Of a stretch of 16,681 bases of DNA, positions 8,674 to 16,324 are shown one piece after another. Where the stretch lies: assembly GCA_043810925.1 (NCBI GenBank), contig JBDRNT010000107.1:1-16681 (forward strand), written 5' to 3'. Source of the stretch: Candidatus Eiseniibacteriota bacterium. GTDB taxonomy: Bacteria; Arandabacterota; Arandabacteria; Arandabacterales; Arandabacteraceae. The notes under the pieces were generated by a model that worked only from the letters and a program-made list of their open reading frames with translations, was not told where the DNA came from and did no database searches. Position 1 is the stretch's first letter. Each line of letters begins with the position of its first letter. Both the position numbers and the translations under genes were made by a program.

Positions 8674-11600
8674 TTAGATCCTTCCATTGACTTCGTGTGT
8701 CAACGGTGCAAGCGAGTCGATCAGATCACGCACAGATTGCTGATCCACCTTTAACTTCAGCCGAATGAACGGTCCTCTTGCAGTGAAACTCCCGCCGGAA
8801 AACTCCTCGTCCTCAAAACCGAATATGTTATAGCCGGTGCTCACCCAGACATTTTTCATGATGTTCAAGCCCAGGGATAGACCTGTACTGTAGTCAAACT
8901 GATTCGCGTTCCAGGAGTGAAGGACGCCGCCACGGATGCCAACATCCCATCTCGGGGTCAGACCCCGGCGGGCCTCCAATCCCATGAGGTCCGTGTACCC
9001 GCTGCAGAGTATGCCGTCGAAATCGCGTGTGACATACTTCGCACCGTACTGAAGTGACATCTGTGTCGCTTCACTTGGTTTGAAGTTGAGGCTGATGTTA
9101 TTGATGATCTTACGGCTGTCCATGTCCGATGCCGGAGCGTCCCGGTTGGCCACCTCAAGCTCCATACGATCAAGCAAGGTCCACTTCGAGGCTACCGGTC
9201 TGTAGACCATCCCGAGCCTCAGGTTGCTGCTGATTGTGTATACACCTAAAGACGATATTGCTCTGAGAACCTGGGCGGCCGCCGACATACCAAGACCGTC
9301 GCGGGGCTCGCCGAAGATACCCGACGCGACCATCCACTTATCTTCGTCGTCCGCATAGCGCAGTTCGACCCGTGTGTTCGCCGTCCACCTTTCCTCGCGA
9401 TATGCCGTCCCGAGGGAGACCGCCGTAAAGTCGTCGCCACCACCGGATGACGGCGGAACGTCGGTATCGAAACGCGTATTCCCGGGGTGCCTGACGGTCC
9501 GGCTGTGATCCATACCCGCGTCCACGCTCCATCGCGGGCCGATAAGCCACGCCTGCTTGAGACCGAGATTGGCAAAGACGCGGGCACCGTTTTCGGTGTA
9601 CCGCCGCCCAAGCGACGATCTTACGCTTGCACCCATCCATGGAGTTGCCTTCAGTCCAAGCCGTGAACCCTGTGTATTCTCATTCTCTCCCCACGTAAGC
9701 TCATGCTCGGCGAAAACGCTCACCGGTTCGGCCAGCTTGTAATCGGCGCCCATGGTGGTACGTGTGGGGAAGTCAGGATTGGCGTCGTAGCCTCCCAGAG
9801 ACTGATCGTGATCAATTCTCACATGCAGCCGGTTACCAAAGACGCTGCAACCGGCACCGGTCGTAACCTGGCTTGAGCGGTACACCGTCCCGTCGCCGAG
9901 CCTGTCTCTGGCATAGCGGAATCCGGCACGGAGGCTGTGCCCGGCTTTGTTGAAGTTGAGCCTGGTCTCGCCGACGTCACGTTCGGCGTCGGCGGAGAGG
10001 TTGCGCTGGCGATATGCCTGGCTGTCGATGGAAAGATGCGGGTTGAAGTGATGACCGACATCAATTCCGAGTTTCTGTGTGCCGCTTTCGCTTTGGTTCT
10101 GTTGCCCGAGTCCGAAACCGTCGTCCTGCTCACGCATATAGACTCTGGCATCAAGTTGCATCGAACGATGCTTGAACTCAGCAACATAAGCGTCACCCTC
10201 CGCACTGCCTGAAACGAGGTCTGTCCTGCTCGTAGCATACTCAGCCTTAAACTCACTGCTTCCATTGAGTTTGAAGGTGGCATCTACACCGAGGAGGTCC
10301 CCGTCGCCCCCTTCCTGGCCTTCATGGAGGTATGTTGCGCCGACTTCGAGCGTGCGGTGGAGCAGTTTCCGCGCACCACGACCACCATAGCTGTATGACC
10401 TGTCCGAGCTATCGCAGGACTCGAAGTCTATAACGACGGTAACGGGGTTGAGCTGGCCGTCCTTGCTCGGCACCGGCTCCTTGAAGAAGAGTGTGCCTGC
10501 ATTGTAATCGATGTTGTAGTCGATATGACGCGTAAGATTGCGCGAATCGAGTATGATCTCGCTGTGGAAACGGTCGCGGGTTTCGATGGCGACTTTCTCG
10601 GAGTTGACCACGATGCTACTGCGTGAGAGACGGTATATTCCCGAAGTACCGTCCCCGCGGATCTCATCTTTCACGAATGCCTGGTCGGTTTGACTGACAA
10701 ACACGTTGACTGAGTGGTCTTCGGTCCGCAGCTCAGACTTAAGACCGTTTAGACTACGGCTGTAGCGCGAAAGCTCCGTAATCGTGAGGCCGGTGGTGAA
10801 GTCCCCGAACACGGCATAGAATTGACGACGTTCGATTTTAAGGTAGAGTTTCTGCACACTCGGGGTTTCATAGTCCTGCCGTGTGGCATCACCGTACAGA
10901 GTATAGTATTCATCAGGATCGATTGTCTGAAACAGGCTGTTACCGGCCTCGGCCTTGCGCTTCTCGCTGTCGTAGGCCAGTGTGAGGAGCCACTTGCCTT
11001 TGATCCTACCCTTTGCAAAAAGAGCAACGCGACCATCACGGTAAAGATCCTCCTCGACACCTGCTTCGGTATGGTTGTCCATGTGCTCTTCAATGGTGTT
11101 GTAGCCCACTGTCCCGTCGGCCAGACCCACAAGTATCCAGTCACGTTCCTCAGGGCTCAGCCACGCACACAGTTCCCGCTCGCCATCAACAAACCGGAAC
11201 CTGAGGACCACTTCACCTGCGCTCGAGGTCGGCTCGAGTTCGACAAACGCGACTCCGTCCGCACCGACTGTGAAACGCGGTTCACGGCGGTCCGCACCCG
11301 TGAGGGGAAATCTCCGGTATGCTTCCTCTTCCCAGCGCGCTATGTAGGGTGCATCAACGGAGAACCTACCTACCACACCTGCACGGGCCGGGTAGCCATC
11401 CCCATCAGTCAGCCGGAAGGCTATGACAGGGGGATACTTGCCGTTGGCGACCAGGCGTGACTCCTCGGAAACCAGTTCGACTGCGACCGGCAGACCGGAG
11501 TAATGGATGGTCCGCGTGAGGTGCGCAGATTCCCGGCGCTCGCCATCGTATACGATTATCTCAAAGTGGTTGTCTCCTTCTTCAAGATCCACACCCGTCC

Positions 11601-14600
11601 ACCGGCTCATCGCCACGGTACCCGTAGTGTTCTCTACCGTCTCGTCGAAGTTGACCCGACTGACCTGCCGGCCACCCAGAAGCAATTCAAGCCGGTCTCC
11701 TGGATCGTGCTTGACGATAACCTCAAGACTCGGAATCGGTGGACCGTAACCCGGTTCGGGCCACAGCCATTCGAGACCGGGTTCGGCGCTATCAAGCCAG
11801 GCAAGGCCATACTCGGGAGCTGTCTGTGGCAACCGGTGAACCGGGTGGAAACCCGACTCCGTACCTGACCGGTCCCCGTCCGGTCCAGGCCCGGTTGTCC
11901 CGGTCACAACCCGGTCATGCCGTTTAACGGTCTCAAGGGCAACCTCGCTCGTTCCTTCCATTGCGGTCACAAGCGCCTCGACACGCCTATTGAGAGCACG
12001 TCCCCGGGGCGTGTCATTTCCTGCAAGAGGCTCGTCCGGGCCCTTTCCCGCGACCGTTACCTGTGATGGGGCCAGCCTGAGACTGTCTGCCAGGTAGTCA
12101 CCGACACTCTTCGCGCGTGCCAGTGACAGGGCATAGTTGTCGCGGAAGAGATAGCGGCTTCGCTCACGTATCGGACGGCTGTCGGTGTGGCCCTCCGCAT
12201 GTATCTGTGTCACCTCCGACCCCTCGAGGACACCGACAAGGCGATTCAGCTCGTCCCTGTCTACACGACCCAGCTCGGCGCTCAGTGTCGCGAAGTGCGG
12301 ACGCACCGTGAATCTCCGCTGGCTCAACAGCTGTTTTCTGTCTAACGCTAAACGGTTTTCGACGACAGGTGTTTGCCTGTCCCCGCCACCGGGAGTGTCA
12401 AAAACCAGCAGGGCCTTCGTAATCAGTTCGTGTGATGCGGATTCGGTATCCACAGCCGCCTTGAGCGAAATGTGCTTTGCCCATCCGGCGGCCGTATCGC
12501 CAAGCCGGTAGGTGATCACATTGCCGGTGATATCCGGGTCCCGTGTGACCGCATCTTCCTGCCGGCTGCTCCCGGCGACGTAGGTGATGCCGTCCGGAAG
12601 CATTAACAGGAGCCGCAGGTCACCGAGCGGTACGACTTCTCCCGAAAGTGCTACCACGTAGTCGACCGTGTCGCCACCGGCCCGGCTCGTGAGGTCAAGG
12701 CTCACCATACCCTCAACCCTGGGTTTCCGGATCAACCGGAAGTCGGCGCGCCACTGGCTGCCGCCCGCAAGATCGACAAACTGCGAGTAAGTGCGTCCGG
12801 CAAACCAGTTGTTCTCACCGCACGCTGTGACTTCATACCCATCGGGGAGACTTTCGAGATCGACCTGTACAACATGGACCCCCGGTGAGACACCTTCGAA
12901 GTGAAACATCCCGCGCTCATCGGTAATCACCCAGGTGCCGTCCTCAAGATATATGCGTACGCCTTTTACGCCGTCACCATGAATCTCACCCACAGTGTCG
13001 CAGGAATCGGCTGTCACGCTGCCCACTATGAAACACATTGTTCGGAAGAGATCCTCAGTCACCCTTACCCGGGCGTCGGCGGTGTTTGAAGTCACCCCTC
13101 CACCACTCACTGCGAAGGCCACATTGACGGCCTCACCGAGCCGTGCTCCCGCTGCGACCTCTGCAAGATACCGGATACGTACCGCAGCTCCTGCATCCAT
13201 CCGGCCCAGCAAAAACATCAGCGTTCGTCCGTCGGCGGAAACGTCCGGGTCGGAGGCGTGGTCACCATCGATCTCGCCTGAACCTGCCTGATACCGGAAA
13301 CCCGCGGGCAGTCTATCCGTCACCACGACGTCGGGTAGCGGGCTCGCACCGGTGTTTTCAACTGTCAGGCAGTACTCGATGAAATCACCGATGGCGACGG
13401 CAAGTTCATTCACGGTCTTGCTGATATGGAGATCGCCGCCTGCCGGATCGATCGGGAAATCGATGCGTGAAGCAAACATGCACTCGATTTCAAACTCTCC
13501 GCCGCGTGAGCCCGGTTCGACGATCGCAAAGGGTGCTCCGGGAAGTGCCTGCAAGTCCGGTGTCGGGACGTTCGATGGTGCGGTGTAGCCGGCCTGCGGT
13601 ACTACTTCGAGACGGTAGGTGCCCGGCTCGGGGAAAGGAAACCTGAAGCCGCCGGGTGGGAAATGATACTCACTGCCGCCGGCATCAGTGGCCGTGCCAC
13701 CCGAGGTCACCGTCGACGGGAAGATGCTGACACCATCATCTCCGTAGACAGTCGCAGGCAGCCCGGTGTCGGCATCGATGAGTGAGACGGCGACATCGCT
13801 TACCGGCTGACCGGTTCTACTGTCAAAGACGGTCCCGCACGCATCCATCCAGGCAATCGCGGTCGAAGCATCGCCGGCATCCTCGACGTCGACATAGCTC
13901 GCGACAATATCGTGTTCACTTCCTACCGTGAGCATACCGTTGTTCGCGATCGGTGAATCGTCGCTCGACGCTTCGATGTACCCGGCAAACACGCCCGTAT
14001 CCGGTCCCGTCTCTCTGAGACACAGGAGCTCGCTCTCTCCCAGAGGACTTACGGTAACCCTCACCATGACCTGCTCGGAAACCTGGGGAGTGAGGTTCTG
14101 ATCCTGATCCGATAACCGCAGAAAGACCGGCTCGTCCGTGCGATATAGCCCGGTCGATATGAGTGGTACAGTTGAGCCCGGATCGAGTGGACCGGCCCCG
14201 CCACCGAGCGTTGGGGGAGGTAGTGGAACAAATGGGCCGTCGCCGGTACCGGTGACACTATAGTACGTGATCGAAATCCGCACCGGTTCCGCACCGGCAC
14301 ATTTCGGTGCGTACCGCATGAATTCAAGAACGGACCGGGTCCGGCTGAGAACGGTTATCAAGGTGACTGGATTGGAGGGTGTCTGGATGGCACCTGTGCC
14401 GCCCGCGGCATAGACCGCCATGGCGGTATTATCAATCTGGGTGCCCGGAGGAACAGCATGGCTTGAGGCCGGTAAGAGAAGCGTCAGGAGCAGGATCAAG
14501 CCATTAAGACGTACGGACGGCAGTCCCCACCCCTTGCGCCCGAAGAAGCGAAACTGGACATTCTCATCCCTCGAAGAGGCGTGCAGCTCGGCACTCCGGG

Positions 14601-14658
14601 CACGAAACCACCCGGGGAGCCGCACACCCCGACACAAGGATTGCCGGAGGAGCTCCAT
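8674..14658 (-). CDS. Very large outer-membrane protein (1994 aa): Ig/DUF11 domains, central OmpA-like peptidoglycan-binding domain, large C-terminal predicted beta-barrel
   Basis: Hydrophobic signal ending ASSHA. LRETGPDTGVFAG motif. Carboxypeptidase-regulatory/SdrD-like domains (GTVFDSRTGQPV; GVKGVRIYLEDG..TD.RG.FHF). Complete DUF11 at about 13060-13435. OmpA motifs EGHTD, N..LS.ARA.SV, G.G...P...N.T..GRA.NRRVE at about 11970-12300. The last ~800 aa are rich in alternating amphipathic strands. Exact start uncertain. Confidence 0.85.
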   Translation of the reverse strand: MELLRQSLCRGVRLPGWFRARSAELHASSRDENVQFRFFGRKGWGLPSVRLNGLILLLTLLLPASSHAVPPGTQIDNTAMAVYAAGGTGAIQTPSNPVTLITVLSRTRSVLEFMRYAPKCAGAEPVRISITYYSVTGTGDGPFVPLPPPTLGGGAGPLDPGSTVPLISTGLYRTDEPVFLRLSDQDQNLTPQVSEQVMVRVTVSPLGESELLCLRETGPDTGVFAGYIEASSDDSPIANNGMLTVGSEHDIVASYVDVEDAGDASTAIAWMDACGTVFDSRTGQPVSDVAVSLIDADTGLPATVYGDDGVSIFPSTVTSGGTATDAGGSEYHFPPGGFRFPFPEPGTYRLEVVPQAGYTAPSNVPTPDLQALPGAPFAIVEPGSRGGEFEIECMFASRIDFPIDPAGGDLHISKTVNELAVAIGDFIEYCLTVENTGASPLPDVVVTDRLPAGFRYQAGSGEIDGDHASDPDVSADGRTLMFLLGRMDAGAAVRIRYLAEVAAGARLGEAVNVAFAVSGGGVTSNTADARVRVTEDLFRTMCFIVGSVTADSCDTVGEIHGDGVKGVRIYLEDGTWVITDERGMFHFEGVSPGVHVVQVDLESLPDGYEVTACGENNWFAGRTYSQFVDLAGGSQWRADFRLIRKPRVEGMVSLDLTSRAGGDTVDYVVALSGEVVPLGDLRLLLMLPDGITYVAGSSRQEDAVTRDPDITGNVITYRLGDTAAGWAKHISLKAAVDTESASHELITKALLVFDTPGGGDRQTPVVENRLALDRKQLLSQRRFTVRPHFATLSAELGRVDRDELNRLVGVLEGSEVTQIHAEGHTDSRPIRERSRYLFRDNYALSLARAKSVGDYLADSLRLAPSQVTVAGKGPDEPLAGNDTPRGRALNRRVEALVTAMEGTSEVALETVKRHDRVVTGTTGPGPDGDRSGTESGFHPVHRLPQTAPEYGLAWLDSAEPGLEWLWPEPGYGPPIPSLEVIVKHDPGDRLELLLGGRQVSRVNFDETVENTTGTVAMSRWTGVDLEEGDNHFEIIVYDGERRESAHLTRTIHYSGLPVAVELVSEESRLVANGKYPPVIAFRLTDGDGYPARAGVVGRFSVDAPYIARWEEEAYRRFPLTGADRREPRFTVGADGVAFVELEPTSSAGEVVLRFRFVDGERELCAWLSPEERDWILVGLADGTVGYNTIEEHMDNHTEAGVEEDLYRDGRVALFAKGRIKGKWLLTLAYDSEKRKAEAGNSLFQTIDPDEYYTLYGDATRQDYETPSVQKLYLKIERRQFYAVFGDFTTGLTITELSRYSRSLNGLKSELRTEDHSVNVFVSQTDQAFVKDEIRGDGTSGIYRLSRSSIVVNSEKVAIETRDRFHSEIILDSRNLTRHIDYNIDYNAGTLFFKEPVPSKDGQLNPVTVVIDFESCDSSDRSYSYGGRGARKLLHRTLEVGATYLHEGQEGGDGDLLGVDATFKLNGSSEFKAEYATSRTDLVSGSAEGDAYVAEFKHRSMQLDARVYMREQDDGFGLGQQNQSESGTQKLGIDVGHHFNPHLSIDSQAYRQRNLSADAERDVGETRLNFNKAGHSLRAGFRYARDRLGDGTVYRSSQVTTGAGCSVFGNRLHVRIDHDQSLGGYDANPDFPTRTTMGADYKLAEPVSVFAEHELTWGENENTQGSRLGLKATPWMGASVRSSLGRRYTENGARVFANLGLKQAWLIGPRWSVDAGMDHSRTVRHPGNTRFDTDVPPSSGGGDDFTAVSLGTAYREERWTANTRVELRYADDEDKWMVASGIFGEPRDGLGMSAAAQVLRAISSLGVYTISSNLRLGMVYRPVASKWTLLDRMELEVANRDAPASDMDSRKIINNISLNFKPSEATQMSLQYGAKYVTRDFDGILCSGYTDLMGLEARRGLTPRWDVGIRGGVLHSWNANQFDYSTGLSLGLNIMKNVWVSTGYNIFGFEDEEFSGGSFTARGPFIRLKLKVDQQSVRDLIDSLAPLTHEVNGRI

Positions 14659-14673
14659 ACTGCCAGAGCCCCC

Positions 14674-15798
14674 TTAATCCACGGTCACGTCAAAAGTAAT
14701 CTGAGCAGTACCTGTACCTGAATCCACAACCGAATTCGTCACCCTGATATAGGCAACAGGCACGGTCTCGGCCGGGAACCAGCTCAGCCCATCGGTCGAG
14801 TATTCTACCGTGATCGTGGCCCCTACGTTACTGTTCGAGGTCGTCACCGACCCACTCACATATGTAGTGTTCGCGGGAATCTGGTCCACGGTGATCACAT
14901 TGTCGGCATCGGTGCTGCCACTGTTGGATATGTCAACGGTGTAGCGTATGGTTGCACCCGGAATCGCCTTGGGATTGACCGCGCTGAACGGATCGCTGAT
15001 CACAGCTTGTGACTTGGTAACTGTGAGATCGGCGGATTCGACTTCGTAGTCATCCTGATCCGAGTGCTTGCCGTCATACTGTGCATCCCCTGCGGCCGTA
15101 CCAGCGGCGTCAGCAAAGACAACCTGCACTGTTGCGCTGTTCCACGCGCCTACATCAGCCGTTGTAAGTGCGCCAAGCGAGCCGCCGGCGCCGGCGTCGT
15201 GAATGGTCGCCACCAGGTGGTAGGATGCGATTTCACCATCCGCAGCTGTGAGCGGCGCATCTAGCACGACAAACACATCGTAGTAGCTGTTCGCCGGGAG
15301 CTCATCAATATAGTTAGCGACATCAACACCATTGGTGTACGAACCCGGAGCGTCCACAACTGAGTTGACGAAAATGCGCGTCGTGGGTACCGGCTCCGGC
15401 GTCATGTCGAACGCATCGGTGCCTCCGAACTTGCCAGGATTTCCCGTTGCAACTGTAACGACGCTCAGTGAGCAGTCCTGCGCAGTGTTTCCTGTGTTGG
15501 TGACTCTGACAGTCAGGACGTTATATTGCGCACTGGCGAACTGAGAACCGGGAGTCACTATGACTTCGCTCACATCCTGGGTCACCACGGTAAGGTCGAC
15601 CTTGTTATCCACCAGGAAATTCACACTGCTTGAGAGCTGTGTCTGATCTATACCGCCCACCTGATAGTCGAGGAGTGCGGTGTTACCGATGTTTGTGCCT
15701 GAAGCAGTACCGAGTGCCATGGCCGCTTGCGGTATTAACAATGCGAATGCACAGGTACACAGCAGGCCGAGTGCACACAGTTTAGATATTGACTTCAT
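14674..15798 (-). CDS. Secreted DUF11-domain protein, 374 aa (putative major fibre/shaft subunit)
   Basis: AGGAGG (15811-15806) 7 nt before ATG. Signal peptide ending AMA. Mature N-terminus LGTASGTNIGNTA. Internal Ig-like domain (DLTV..PG..VTNTGN). C-terminal DUF11 ADLTVTKS..PGATIRYTV.ISNSG..A.NV..VDQIP...YV.GS..ITFDVTVD*. Confidence 0.88.
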   Translation of the reverse strand: MKSISKLCALGLLCTCAFALLIPQAAMALGTASGTNIGNTALLDYQVGGIDQTQLSSSVNFLVDNKVDLTVVTQDVSEVIVTPGSQFASAQYNVLTVRVTNTGNTAQDCSLSVVTVATGNPGKFGGTDAFDMTPEPVPTTRIFVNSVVDAPGSYTNGVDVANYIDELPANSYYDVFVVLDAPLTAADGEIASYHLVATIHDAGAGGSLGALTTADVGAWNSATVQVVFADAAGTAAGDAQYDGKHSDQDDYEVESADLTVTKSQAVISDPFSAVNPKAIPGATIRYTVDISNSGSTDADNVITVDQIPANTTYVSGSVTTSNSNVGATITVEYSTDGLSWFPAETVPVAYIRVTNSVVDSGTGTAQITFDVTVD

Positions 15799-15809
15799 CT
15801 CTTCCCCTC

Positions 15810-16307
15810 CTACTGTAACTTAGCCCTGAATGCTACATATCCTGCCGTCGAAGGCAGCAGCGTGTCTTCAAACGTCCAGCAGATATGCGTGTAGTCGGAT
15901 GCGTTGGCCTGACGCTGTTTGCCGTCGGCCTCTGCGACCTTGAGGTTTGTCGCCACATCGTAGGTCCTGCCACTATCCACAGAGAACGTAACCGTCGTGC
16001 CTCCCCCGGAGGCACTGCCGTCCGTGTAGATCATGTGGTCCGGGATCGCGTCGGTGATGACAACCCGCTCTGCGACGTCGTCGCCCACATTGGCGTAGTG
16101 GATCGTGTAGAGCACCTCATCGCCAGGGACAACCTTGGTGGCTTCAACCCGCTGAATCTCCTTTTTTCCTTCTTTGTTGATGACTTCCATTTCGATCTGA
16201 GCCGTGGTCTTAAGCTCGATGCTGCGTTCCGGGTCGGCACCAATGGCGCCGGCTTGGGCGAATACGACGAGCATCAAGATTAGACCAACAGCGCTGTTCA
16301 GTCTCAT
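15810..16307 (-). CDS. Small secreted single-DUF11-domain protein (165 aa)
   Basis: Start placed at ATG 16307 because AGGAGG (16319-16314) lies 6 nt upstream. Signal peptide MRLNSAVGLILMLVVFAQAGAIGA. Motifs VVPGDEVLYTI.Y.N.G...A..VVITDAIP....Y..GSA and V.FRAKLQ*. Confidence 0.85.
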   Translation of the reverse strand: MRLNSAVGLILMLVVFAQAGAIGADPERSIELKTTAQIEMEVINKEGKKEIQRVEATKVVPGDEVLYTIHYANVGDDVAERVVITDAIPDHMIYTDGSASGGGTTVTFSVDSGRTYDVATNLKVAEADGKQRQANASDYTHICWTFEDTLLPSTAGYVAFRAKLQ

Positions 16308-16324
16308 CACTTCCCTCCTTTCCA

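Noticed and set aside
8659-8676. The 1994-aa and 1158-aa ORFs are in the same frame, separated by a single TAA, suggesting readthrough or a broken giant gene
   Set aside because: The downstream gene has its own GGAG, ATG and a full signal peptide; TAA is a poor readthrough codon; a signal peptide fused behind a barrel makes little sense. Ordinary tight operon packing is more likely.
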